Assembly (NCBI GenBank): GCA_964552015.1
Contig: CAZKFR010000002.1
Coordinates: forward strand, 25,931 to 89,930
Reading direction: 5' to 3'
DNA: 64,000 nucleotides
From: an uncultured Rhodothermaceae bacterium
GTDB taxonomy: Bacteria; Bacteroidota; Rhodothermia; Rhodothermales; ISCAR-4553
Position 1 is the stretch's first letter. Every line of letters starts with the position of its first letter. Below are positions 7,946-17,900 of this stretch, one piece after another. A program made the translations under genes and the position numbers. The notes beneath the pieces are model-generated. The model did no database searches, was not told where the DNA came from, and was given only the letters and a program-made list of their open reading frames with translations.

Positions 7946-8881
7946 TCAGGGAGAGGTCGCTTTCTCGAAGCATGGCGGCGCCGGGTCCTGGCCGCAGGGC
8001 ACGAATTCGAACTCCAGCGTCGAGTGGCCGATGGCGAAGCGCTCGTCCAGCAGGTCCTTGATGCGTTGCTTGATGGCTTCCATCCGGTGCAGGTCCTCCC
8101 GGGCGATGACGATGTGGGCTTCCAGGGCCGGGTGGTGCTCATCCAGTTGCCATACGTGCAGGTGATGCATGTCCAGCACCCCGTCGATGGCCTCGACGGC
8201 CTCGATGACTTCGTCGAGGTCCAGGCGTGGCGGGGCGCCTTCCATCAGGATGTCGGTGGTGCGGCGCAGGAGGTGATAGCTGTGGTAGAGGATGTAGACC
8301 GAGATCAGCAGGGTCAGCAGCGGGTCGACCAGGTAGACCTCGAACCAGAGGATCAGCACGCCGCCGAGGACGACGCCGACCGAGGAGGCGGCGTCGGTGA
8401 GGATGTGGAGGTAGGCGCTCCGGACGTTGAGGCTGTGCCGGGCGTCGTGGTGCAGGAGCCACGCCGTGATCAGGTTGGCGGCCAGCCCGATGAGCGCCAC
8501 GACGAGCATCACCGGCCCGTCGACGGGCTGCGGGTCGAGCAGGCGGCCCACGGCTTCCTGCATCAGGTACAGCGCAATCAGTACCAGCGTGATGAGGTTG
8601 ACGAAGGCCCCCAGGATCTCGGCGCGCCGGTAGCCGAACGTCTTGCGCTGGTTGGCGGCCCGCCCGGCCAGTCGCCGTGCCCCATAGGCCACCGCCAGCG
8701 AGGCCGTATCGCTGAAGTTGTGCAGGGCGTCCGAGAGCAGCGCCAGGCTCCCCGAGACGAGGCCGCCGACCACTTCGGCGACCGTGATGAGCAGGTTCAG
8801 GGCGATGGACCACCCCAGGCGACGACCGCCGCCTTCCGGGGTTTCCGGCGTGGGGTGCTGATGATGGTGGTGAGGCCCCAT
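7946..8881 (-). CDS. Cation diffusion facilitator (CzcD/ZitB-like) divalent-metal efflux transporter
   Basis: It has a His-rich N-terminus (MGPHHHHQH) and CDF signatures (LLSDALHNFSD, AYLHILTDAASSVGV). The C-terminal cytoplasmic domain is present. Confidence 0.9.
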   Translation of the reverse strand: MGPHHHHQHPTPETPEGGGRRLGWSIALNLLITVAEVVGGLVSGSLALLSDALHNFSDTASLAVAYGARRLAGRAANQRKTFGYRRAEILGAFVNLITLVLIALYLMQEAVGRLLDPQPVDGPVMLVVALIGLAANLITAWLLHHDARHSLNVRSAYLHILTDAASSVGVVLGGVLILWFEVYLVDPLLTLLISVYILYHSYHLLRRTTDILMEGAPPRLDLDEVIEAVEAIDGVLDMHHLHVWQLDEHHPALEAHIVIAREDLHRMEAIKQRIKDLLDERFAIGHSTLEFEFVPCGQDPAPPCFEKATSP

Positions 8882-8934
8882 GGTCGTCCTGGGCGGCGTT
8901 CACGGGCAAAGTGCCGGGGGGAGGCGCTCCCGCG

Positions 8935-9174
8935 TCAGGGAAGGTCCTCCCAGCGGGCGTCCTCGATGTCCACGTGCGGTGGGCGTGGCGGGGGCGCCGG
9001 CGTGCGGTGCTGGCGCTGATAGGCGCGCGGACCGTAGGCGGGAGGATCCGGTGGAGGCATCTCGCGCGGGGGCTGGCCGTCGTGTAAGGCCGCCCGAACC
9101 AGGTTCCGCACGTAGCGGACGACCAGGTAGCCGAGGATCACCAGGAGCAGCGCGTTGAGTAGCAGCTTGAACAC
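8935..9174 (-). CDS. Small membrane-anchored Pro-rich hypothetical protein
   Basis: 79 aa, GTG start, one N-terminal TM helix (FKLLLNALLLVILGYLVV) and a proline-rich tail. No family is recognised. Confidence 0.4.
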   Translation of the reverse strand: MFKLLLNALLLVILGYLVVRYVRNLVRAALHDGQPPREMPPPDPPAYGPRAYQRQHRTPAPPPRPPHVDIEDARWEDLP

Positions 9175-9180
9175 GTCGTC

Positions 9181-9894
9181 TCAGGGTTGCAGTGAGCCCG
9201 ACGGGGTCGGGTTGAAGTACGTCGTACCCGGGTGCCGGATCGTCATGATCTGTCGAACCAGTTCTTCCAGCTCGTCCGGGTGGGCGACGAAGTCGATATG
9301 GGTCGTGTTGATGATGAGCAGCGGGCTCTTCGTATAGTGAAAGAAATAGTGGTTGTAGGCGCGGTTCAACGTGTCGATGTACTCCGGGTCCATGTTCGCT
9401 TCGTAGGAGCGCCCACGCTTGGCGATGTTTTGCAACAGGCGCTCGGTGGTCGACTGGAGGTAGACGATCAGGTCCGGGACCGGGACGGCCGGTTGCATCA
9501 GGTTGTAGAGCGTGTCGTACAACTGCCGCTCGTCGCCCTCGAGGTTGAGGTGCGCGAAGATGCGGTCCTTGTCGAAGGCGTAATCGCTGATGACGAGCTG
9601 GTGGAAGAGGTCGCGCTTGAGGAGGTTCTGTTGCTGGCGGAAGCGGCTGGCGAGGAAGCTGAGCTGGGTCTGGAAGGCCCACCGGGCCCGGTCCTCGTAA
9701 AAGCGGGCCAGGAACGGGTTGTCTTCGAACTCCTCCAGCACGAGGCGAGCGTTGAAGCGCTCGGCCAGCAGGCGGGCCAGGGTCGTTTTGCCGGCGCCGA
9801 TGACGCCCTCGATGACCACGTAGCGCAGGGTTTCGGGAGGCGTGACCGGTTCAGGGGCCGGGTCGGGTTTCTGGGGGTTCCGGGCGGCGTCCAT
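9181..9894 (-). CDS. Deoxynucleoside kinase (dAK/dGK family)
   Basis: P-loop VIEGVIGAGKTTLARLL, followed by EEFEDNPFL and the ERS-type region typical of deoxynucleoside kinases. Confidence 0.85.
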   Translation of the reverse strand: MDAARNPQKPDPAPEPVTPPETLRYVVIEGVIGAGKTTLARLLAERFNARLVLEEFEDNPFLARFYEDRARWAFQTQLSFLASRFRQQQNLLKRDLFHQLVISDYAFDKDRIFAHLNLEGDERQLYDTLYNLMQPAVPVPDLIVYLQSTTERLLQNIAKRGRSYEANMDPEYIDTLNRAYNHYFFHYTKSPLLIINTTHIDFVAHPDELEELVRQIMTIRHPGTTYFNPTPSGSLQP

Positions 9895-9900
9895 GCGGGT

Positions 9901-10452
9901 TCAGATACCGGCAGGTTGATGAGGAACGAGCGGGTCGGGAAGCCGGGTGAGCGGGCCGCGATCCGGGCAGCGTGCCAGCAGGTCCCGGACCGTGCTATCA
10001 TACGGCACGGGCACGTGCAGGTTCGGGGTCAGGTCGGCCAGGGGTTGGAGGACGAAGCGCCGCTCTCCGAGGCGGGGATGCGGCACCGTCAGGCCGGGCG
10101 TCCGGCGCGTCAGGTTGCCGAAGACGATCAGGTCCAGGTCGAGGGGGCGGGGCGCCCAGGGACGTGCCGCCCGCCGGTCGCGCCCGGCCCGCGCTTCGAC
10201 GTCGAGCAGCACGGTGAGCAGGTCTTCCGCCGAGAGGGAGGTGCGCACGTGCACGACGGCGTTGAGGTACGGCGGCTGGACCTCGCCGGGCTCCCACGTG
10301 TGGGCCGCACTCTCGTACACGGCCGAGGTCGCTACCACGTCTATCGCCGGGTGCGAAGCGAGGTGCGTCACGGCCCAGCGCAGGGTGCCGAGGCGGTCGC
10401 CCAGATTGGCCCCGAGGGCCAGGTACGCTTCAACCGGAGGAACAACCAGCAC
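9901..10452 (-). CDS. folK: 2-amino-4-hydroxy-6-hydroxymethyldihydropteridine diphosphokinase (HPPK)
   Basis: AYLALGANLGD ... RPLDLDLI ... VPHPRLGERRFVLQPL. I placed the start at GTG 10452; the track ORF start at 10533 gives a non-conserved extension. The start is uncertain. Confidence 0.85.
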   Translation of the reverse strand: MLVVPPVEAYLALGANLGDRLGTLRWAVTHLASHPAIDVVATSAVYESAAHTWEPGEVQPPYLNAVVHVRTSLSAEDLLTVLLDVEARAGRDRRAARPWAPRPLDLDLIVFGNLTRRTPGLTVPHPRLGERRFVLQPLADLTPNLHVPVPYDSTVRDLLARCPDRGPLTRLPDPLVPHQPAGI

Positions 10453-10695
10453 GAAGGAAACCGGTAGGTGGCGAGGGGCTGCACGCGAGGGCAGAATATA
10501 CGCACAGCGGGGGGGCGGGGTGGCAGGGTGCACGATGAGATTCCGGAAAAAAGGAGGCGAGGATGGGCTGCGGGCGAGGGTGCTGCGCCGGCCCGGTGGG
10601 ATGGGCGTGCCGGAATGGCTATCTTGAGAGCGGCCTGTCGTGCGACGGGCACCGAACCCCTTTTGCCAGCAACCCGCCTGTTACGTTCGCCTACC

Positions 10696-11379
10696 ATGAC
10701 TGACCCCGTCTTTATTCCCCTGCCCGATTATCCCCGATACGAAGAAGAGGAGATGATCCGCCGGGCCCGGTCGTTTTACGAACGGATGCAGCGGCGCCGG
10801 ACCGTCCGCCAGTTCTCGGATCGCCCCGTGCCGCATGAGGTCATCCGGTGGTGTCTGCGGGCCGCAGGTACGGCGCCGAGCGGGGCCAACCGGCAGCCCT
10901 GGCATTTCGTCGTGGTGACGGACCCGGAGCGAAAGCGGCAGATCCGGGAGGCGGCCGAAGCCGAGGAAAGGGCCTTCTACCGGGAGCGGGCACCGAAAGC
11001 GTGGCTGGAGGCGCTGGCGCCCCTCGGCACGGACGAACACAAGCCGTTCCTCGAGACGGCGCCCTGCCTCATCGCGATCTTTGCCGAACGCTATCGTGTG
11101 GGGCCGGATGGGGAGAAGCAAAAGAATTACTACGTGCAGGAATCGGTCGGTCTGGCCACGGGCATGCTCATCACAGGGCTTCATCAGGCGGGCCTGGCGA
11201 CGCTCACGCACACGCCCAGTCCGATGCGTTTTCTCAACGAACTGCTCGGGCGTCCGGAGAACGAACATCCGTTCTTGCTGCTCGTGGTCGGTTATCCCGC
11301 CGAGGATGCCGTTGTGCCGGCCATCACGCGGAAGCCGCTGGAGGAGATCGTCAGCTGGGTTGAGGCACCTGGCGCGTGA
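10696..11379 (+). CDS. Nitroreductase-family flavoprotein (iodotyrosine-deiodinase/BluB-like subgroup)
   Basis: [13 protein letters not shown]...[15 protein letters not shown]... ATG at 10696. Confidence 0.85.
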   Translation: MTDPVFIPLPDYPRYEEEEMIRRARSFYERMQRRRTVRQFSDRPVPHEVIRWCLRAAGTAPSGANRQPWHFVVVTDPERKRQIREAAEAEERAFYRERAPKAWLEALAPLGTDEHKPFLETAPCLIAIFAERYRVGPDGEKQKNYYVQESVGLATGMLITGLHQAGLATLTHTPSPMRFLNELLGRPENEHPFLLLVVGYPAEDAVVPAITRKPLEEIVSWVEAPGA

Positions 11380-11821
11380 GGTTGCCGTGTCCGTCGGGGG
11401 TGAGGCCGGGGGCGCGGGCGGCCAGGTCGCGGAGGAAGGCCTCCCGGTCGCGCGGGGAGATCAGCACCGTGCGTGAAAACGTCCCTTTCCGGTAGTCGAT
11501 CTGGAGCCGGTCGAGCGAAAGGGCGGCGCTGGCCAGCGGGTTGCGCGTGGGGCGAATCCGCTCGATGGTGTCGAGCGGGATCCGGTAGCGGAGGACGCCG
11601 CAACGGACCAGCAGGAGGGTGTCGGTCAGATGATACCGGCAGGGGAACACGAGCAGGAGCGTGGCCAGCAGGAGCACCAGAGCCCCGGCACCGACCCAGC
11701 GATCGGCGGGCGTATCCGGGGCCACGAGGGCCTGGAGACAGGCGGCGAAGCCCGCACCGTAGGAGAGGACCAGCACGACGAGGAGCCAGCGATCGATCTT
11801 TGAGGGATAGACGGTGTCCAT
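11351..11821 (-). CDS. Membrane protein with bacterial PH-like domain
   Basis: 156 aa from ATG 11821. It has two N-terminal TM helices, then a YdbS/bPH-like soluble part ([14 protein letters not shown]...[10 protein letters not shown]). Its 3' end overlaps the convergent nitroreductase gene by 29 nt. Confidence 0.55.
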   Translation of the reverse strand: MDTVYPSKIDRWLLVVLVLSYGAGFAACLQALVAPDTPADRWVGAGALVLLLATLLLVFPCRYHLTDTLLLVRCGVLRYRIPLDTIERIRPTRNPLASAALSLDRLQIDYRKGTFSRTVLISPRDREAFLRDLAARAPGLTPDGHGNLTRQVPQPS

Positions 11822-11988
11822 AAGGCGATGATGACCGTGTGGCGAGGGAGCACAGCGGGCGTCGTATATTGTGAACCACCGCGTGCCGGAGCCCATGCCG
11901 TCCCGGAAGCGGTGGAGGCTCTTCTTCAATTCGTCTGACGCCTGGTCCCGCCTACGTGACAACCCGCCCTTCCGTTTCAGTAGACCCC

Positions 11989-13296
11989 ATGACGCGCCGG
12001 CGCCGGGTGCTGGTGATTGCCTACTATTTCCCGCCCATGGGCTTGAGCGGGGTCCAGCGGGTGGCGAAGTTCGTGCGCTATCTGCCCGACCATGGCTGGC
12101 ATCCCACCGTGCTGACGGTGACACCCGGCGCCTACTTCGCCTACGACCCGACCCTCCTCGCGGAGGTCGAGACGGCCGGCGTCGAGGTGGTGAGGACGGC
12201 CTCGTGGGACCCGACACGGCTTTTCGGAGGGGGGACGACGGTGGCGTTGCCCGACGAGCGGAAGCGGCGGTGGTGGGCGGCGCTGAACCACATGGTGTTC
12301 GTGCCCGACAACAAGGTAGGGTGGTGGCCGCATGCGGTGCGGGCCGGCCGGCGCCTGCTCCGGCGGGGCGCCTTCGCGGCGGTGTTCTCGTCGGCGCCGC
12401 CGTACACGGCGCATCTCGTCGGTGCGTCGCTGGCGCGGTGGGCGGGGCTGCCGCTCCTCACCGACTTCCGGGACGACTGGCTGGGCAACCCGCGCCACGT
12501 TTATCCGACGCCCCTGCACCGACGCCTGCATGCCCGGCTCGAGCGCCGGGTGCTGGCGCAGAGCCGGTACGTTCTCACCATCAACGACCCGATCCGCGAG
12601 GCCCTCCAGCGCCGCGCCGGCGCCGCCGGGGGGCGGGCGGACGTGCGCGTGGTGCCCCAGGGCTACGACCCCGCCGACTTCGACGTGCCGCCCGTGCCAC
12701 GTCCGCCGGATCGCTTGCGCCTCGTCTACAGCGGCATCTTCTACGACGCGCAGACGCCCGATCCCTTCCTGCGGGCGATGGCGCTGCTCCGGGAGCGAAG
12801 GCCCGAGGTGCGGTCGCGCCTCGAAGCGGTGTTCGTCGGGCTGGTGCCGGCGGCTTCGCAGGCGCTGGCCGGGCAGCTCGGCCTCACCGACGCCGTACAA
12901 TGGGCCGGCTACCTGCCTCATCGGGAGGCGGTGCGCCACCTCCTCGCCGCCGACGTGTTGTGGATGACCGTCGGGCGGCGCCCCGGTGCCGAGGGTATTT
13001 CGACGAGCAAGCTGTTCGAGTACTTCGGGGCCCGGAAGCCCATCCTGGCGCTCGTGCCCGCGGGGGCTGCGCGGGAGGCGCTGCGCCGCCACGGGGCCGC
13101 CGTCGTGGTCGAACCCGACGACGTGCCGGCCATTGCCGGGGCGCTCGGCCACCTCTTCGATCGGTGGCAGACCGGTACCCTTCCGGCACCGGACCGGGCG
13201 TACGTGGAACGCTTCGACCGGCGGCACCTGGCGGGCGAGCTGGCGGCGCTGCTGGCAGAAGCGGCGACGACGGCCGGCGGTCAGCGCCCGGCGTGA
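11989..13296 (+). CDS. GT4-family (group 1) glycosyltransferase
   Basis: RVLVIAYYFPPMGLSGVQRVAKF at the N-terminus and a C-terminal GT-B half with a conserved EYF..KPIL region. ATG at 11989. Confidence 0.8.
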   Translation: MTRRRRVLVIAYYFPPMGLSGVQRVAKFVRYLPDHGWHPTVLTVTPGAYFAYDPTLLAEVETAGVEVVRTASWDPTRLFGGGTTVALPDERKRRWWAALNHMVFVPDNKVGWWPHAVRAGRRLLRRGAFAAVFSSAPPYTAHLVGASLARWAGLPLLTDFRDDWLGNPRHVYPTPLHRRLHARLERRVLAQSRYVLTINDPIREALQRRAGAAGGRADVRVVPQGYDPADFDVPPVPRPPDRLRLVYSGIFYDAQTPDPFLRAMALLRERRPEVRSRLEAVFVGLVPAASQALAGQLGLTDAVQWAGYLPHREAVRHLLAADVLWMTVGRRPGAEGISTSKLFEYFGARKPILALVPAGAAREALRRHGAAVVVEPDDVPAIAGALGHLFDRWQTGTLPAPDRAYVERFDRRHLAGELAALLAEAATTAGGQRPA

Positions 13297-14765
13297 GCGA
13301 GGGACCGGGCCGGCCGCGTGAGGTACGGGTGCGGGTCGGTGCCGCCCGGCCGGGTCAGAAGAGAGGCCACGTCCGCAACCTCCGGCGGAGCGTACGCACG
13401 CCACGCCGTCAGGAAGTCCTCGAGGTCCTTGGTCTCGCCACGCCGGGGCGGGATGAAGGCTTGCATGAACCCGCGCAGGCTCTTGCGCCCCTCCGAGAAC
13501 CGGCGTAGCTCCGCGTCGAGGCGGAAGGCGAAGACCATGCCCTCGTAGTACGTGTAATAGAACGCGTCCGTATCCTCATAGTAACGGGTACAGGCGTCGG
13601 CGAGGGTCAGGGAGCCGGAGCGGTCGTGCTGCCGGGCCCGCCGGGCCGTGTGCTCGAGTTCGAGGGCCAGGGCGTCGGCGTCGAGCAGGCCGGCGTCGAG
13701 CAAGGCCTGATGGGCCAGGTATTCGGTCACGCCCTCCCGGAGCCAGCACACGGAATCATCCCATGCCGCCGGAAGCGAGGCCGAGGGCGCGACCGACTGC
13801 TCCCGGGCATAGGTCCAGGTATGAATCATCTCGTGCGCCATCGTTCGCAGCACGACGCCGCCGGCGTACGGCCAGATCCGTTCGAGGGGGACGTCGTGGG
13901 GGAACTGAAGCTGTATGGACGAGATGCCGGCGGTGCCGCCGGTCAGGTGCCCTTCCCGTGCGGTGTCGTGGAGCAGGAACGTCAGGTGCGGCCCGAAGCC
14001 CCCCGGCTCCAGGTCCAGCAGCGTGCGGACGACGCGCAGCATGGCCTGCTCCGTCGCCTCCGAGATCGTGCCGGGGCCCGTCCAGGCCAGCGTGACGTCC
14101 GTCGTGCCCAGGTGATGGCGGCGCACGTCGCCCCCTCGGAAGGCGGCGTAGTAGTTCTTGAGCAACGCATACAGGCCCGGCACGTCGACCGTCGTGGTGC
14201 CGTTCTGCCAGGGCGTCACGAGCGTCCAGCCCTCGGGCACGTACCAGGTGAGGCGGATCGACGGATAGATCGTGACGTTGTCGGGCCACATGAAAGCATA
14301 TCGGGTCAGGTAGAGCCGGGCCGCGTCGACGTAGGGCATCACCGAGCGCCAGACGTTGCCGTCGGGCAGGTCATGCGCCTCCGGGTCGGTTCGGACCCTG
14401 TAGGAGAAGAAGAGCGGTCCGTGGATGTCCGTCAGCACCCACGACCCCGGCCCGTCGGGCGCGGCCTTCCGCGGGCCGCGTGCGTCGCGGAACGTGACCT
14501 CCGTGAGCAGACGCAGGGCGTACGGGCCGAGACGGGTGGGGTGACGGAACCGCACGGGGCCGCAGAACGACCCGTCGAGGCGGCCGCGGACGAGCAGGGT
14601 GGCGGAGTGGGGGTCGACCTGAAGCGTGTACGCCAGGCGGGCGGGCGCGTTCGCGCAGGTGGCCGGCACGGTCGTGGCAGGACGGTGGGCCCCGGCAAGC
14701 AGGAACGGGAGCAGCAGCGGCATCGACAACCGGAACAGGACGCGCATGGCCCGCAGGCACCTCAT
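13281..14765 (-). CDS. Secreted gluzincin metallopeptidase (M61/M1-like)
   Basis: Signal-peptide-like N-terminus (MRVLFRLSMPLLLPFLLAG), HEMIH zinc motif and downstream WLREGVTEY (third-ligand Glu context). The start may instead be ATG 14747. Confidence 0.7.
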   Translation of the reverse strand: MRCLRAMRVLFRLSMPLLLPFLLAGAHRPATTVPATCANAPARLAYTLQVDPHSATLLVRGRLDGSFCGPVRFRHPTRLGPYALRLLTEVTFRDARGPRKAAPDGPGSWVLTDIHGPLFFSYRVRTDPEAHDLPDGNVWRSVMPYVDAARLYLTRYAFMWPDNVTIYPSIRLTWYVPEGWTLVTPWQNGTTTVDVPGLYALLKNYYAAFRGGDVRRHHLGTTDVTLAWTGPGTISEATEQAMLRVVRTLLDLEPGGFGPHLTFLLHDTAREGHLTGGTAGISSIQLQFPHDVPLERIWPYAGGVVLRTMAHEMIHTWTYAREQSVAPSASLPAAWDDSVCWLREGVTEYLAHQALLDAGLLDADALALELEHTARRARQHDRSGSLTLADACTRYYEDTDAFYYTYYEGMVFAFRLDAELRRFSEGRKSLRGFMQAFIPPRRGETKDLEDFLTAWRAYAPPEVADVASLLTRPGGTDPHPYLTRPARSLAHAGR

Positions 14766-14958
14766 GGCCGGCTACACGGAGAAACATCGATATGCCATGC
14801 ATCGGCCCGGGACGCTGATTATTAAGGGGGGGGCGGCGCCGGGCAGGAGATCGGGGCGGTGATTCGGATCGGGCTCGAACGAAATGCAGGATGGGTCGTC
14901 CAAGAGGCCGTTGCTGCACAAGGAGGCCTGTCGCCGGGACCGTAGCCCTTCATTACTG

Positions 14959-17900
14959 ATGCTTATGAAGCGAATCGTTGGCCTGTTGCTGATGGGGTTC
15001 CCTCTGATGGCCTTTGCCCAAGTGGAGGTGATCGTTCGCCCGGCCGAGGGGTCGGCGGTGATGGCCGTGCTGGAAGGTGGCGGTGCCAAGACCGGCGCCA
15101 TGGCCGTGTTGTTCGACGAAGTGGTGGATGTGCGGCCTGTCGTCGGGGCCCTGGCGCCGGGGGGGCGGAGCGCCGCCCTGCCGGCCTATGTCCTCACCGT
15201 GCCCGACTCGTCCGCTTTCGAGGCCGTGCGGGCGCGGTGGGCCGCCTGGCCGGGCGTAGCCTACGTTCAACCCAACCGCCGCTACCGCCTCGAAGGGCTC
15301 CTGTCGCCGGCCGACGCCGGGGGCCGCCCTGCGGGCGACCCGCTGGCCGACAGCCTCGGCCACCTCGCCGTCATCCGGGCGACCGATGCCTGGGCGGTCA
15401 CGGACGGGGCGGGGCGCGTCCGCATCGGTCTGCTCGACACCGGCCTCTTCTTCGACCACCCCGACCTGGCGGGGCAGGTGTGGATCAACCCGGGCGAGGA
15501 CCTCGATGGCAACGGCCGGGCCGACCCGGCGGACTTCAACGGCCTGGACGACGATGGCAACGGCTATGTGGACGACCTGCACGGCTACGACTTCCTCGAC
15601 CGCCCCGGCAATGTCGAGGCCGGCGACTACCACACGCGCGACCCGTTTCCCGACGAGGACAACCGATCCGGGGGCGGACGGGGGCATGGCACCACCGTGG
15701 CCGGTGTCCTGGCCGCTGCCCGCGACAACGGTGTCGGGATCACGGGGGTGGCGCCGGGGGCGCGGCTCGTCCCGCTGCGGGCCTTTGGTGCCGATGGTAC
15801 CGGAGACGACGACGACATCGCGGCCGCCCTCGTCTATGCCGCCGACCTGGGCCTCGACGTGGTCAACCTCTCGTTCGGCGATGCCGTGGCCTCGCCGCTG
15901 ATGCACGAAGCCATCCGCTATGCCGTCGACCGTGGCGTCGTGGTGGTGGCCTCGGCAGGCAACGTCGGTGGGGACGACCCTCACTATCCTTCCGACTATC
16001 CCGAAGTAATCTCGGTGGGATGGTTCACGGCGGACGGTACCGGCATCGCCGGCCGGGGCACCCACGGGCCGGGCCTCGACCTGGGGGCGCCGGGGTCGTT
16101 GGTCTACACGACGCTCCTGCCCGCCCCGGACGACCCCGATCCGCAGTCCGTCACGGCCCTCTATGGACGGCGCAGCGGGTCCTCGCTGGCGGCGCCGATG
16201 GTGGCCGGAGCGGCGGCGCTCCTGCGGGCCGTCGACCCGGACCTCACGCCGGCGGCCATCCGCGCCCTGCTCACCGCCACGGCCCGAGACGTGGACGTGC
16301 CCGGCTGGGACCACCGCACGGCCGCCGGCCTGCTCGACGTCGCCGCGGCCCTGACGGACGCCCTGCCGGCCCGCGTCGAGATCGCCTCGCCCGGCCAGGA
16401 CGACGCCGTCGCCACGGACCGGATCGCTGTCACCGGCACGGTCGTCGATCCGGCCTTTCTCTCCTACTCGGTCGACTATGCGCCCGGCCAGGACGACCCC
16501 GAGGGGCGCTGGATGGCGGTCGTGAGCGAGCGCGACCGGCAGGTGTGGCAGGACACGCTCGCCGTGTGGGAGGTGGCCGGACTGCCCGAGGGGCTCTACA
16601 CACTTCGGCTGTCGGCGCGCCTGCGCTCGGGCCGGACCGTCGAAGACCGGCGCCGCGTCTACGTCGACCGCTCGCCGCCCGTGCTCGATGTGCGCCTGCT
16701 CGACCCGGCGCTGGCCGCAGGGAGGCCGGCCGTGCAGGTGGACGTGGCCACCGACGACGTGACGACGGTCTGGATGGAGGTTACCCACGCGGGTGTCACC
16801 GAGCGCGTCCCTTCGGTGCGCCGGGGGCGACGGCATGGGGTCGTCTGGAACGGGCCGCCCGGTGCTGCGGGCGACGTCGAGGTGGTCGTGCAGGCCACCA
16901 ATGCCGCCGGCCTGACGACCACGCACGCAGCCAGCGTGACCCTCCCGGACGTCGCCCCGAACACGGCCGCGTTCACGGAGGAAAAGCTCGCCGTGCCGCA
17001 CGGCTTCCTCCTGCCGCACGCCACCGACTTCGACGGCGACGGGCTACTCGAAATCACGCTGAACCGGTACGAGGACGGCTGGCTCGGCGACACGCTGGCG
17101 ACGTACGAATGGGCCGGGAACGGCTTCCGGCGGGCTTCGGCCCTCATCGCCAACGTCTTTCCCCGCGACACGGGCGACAGCGACGGCGACGGCCTGCGCG
17201 AGTTGCTCACCCAGGTGGGCGGCGCCACGCTCGTGCTCGAACAGGCCGCGCCGGCCGCCTATCCGTCCGCCGTGGCTTTCCTCGACACGACCGGCCTGGC
17301 CAACCCCTTCGATCCGGCAGCCACCTTCGGCGCCCGCCTCACCGACCTCGACGGCGACGGACGCGGCGAGATCCTCGTCCACAACACCCGGCAGTGGCGT
17401 CTCCTCGAGCACGACGGGAACGGCTTCGTGGAAGTGGCCCGGCTGGAGAACCCGACCGGCGTCGCACCCTCCGAACTGACCGAGAACGAGTACCAGGAGC
17501 CTGAGGCGCTGATCGATGATTTCGACGGGGATGGACGCCTCGACCTGCTCGTGGGCGACAGCGACGGCGACTGGATCCTCTACGAAAACGACGGCAACGA
17601 CACCTACCGCGTGGCCTGGACGTTCGAGACGGACCGGTACAACGCCGGCAGCCGCTTCGCCCGGGGCGACTTTGACGGGGACGGCCGACCCGAGTTCGTC
17701 ACGTTCACCCAGAACTGGACCCAGGTTACGCGGGACGGCGAGCGGGAGCCGGATGCGGGCCTGGTCTTCGTCTGGGAGAACGCGGGGGAGGATACCTATA
17801 CCCTGCGCCACCGCTTCGTGCTGGCCGGCACGCCGCTCTCCCGGCACGGCACCTTCCACACGGCCGACTTCGACGGTGACGGGCGCGACGAACTCGTCGT

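Noticed and set aside
11351-13296. Convergent 3' overlaps (nitroreductase/bPH protein, 29 nt; GT4/M61-like peptidase, 16 nt) as possible antisense regulatory arrangements
   Set aside because: Short convergent overlaps are common in compact high-GC genomes. Nothing in the sequence beyond the overlap itself supports regulation.
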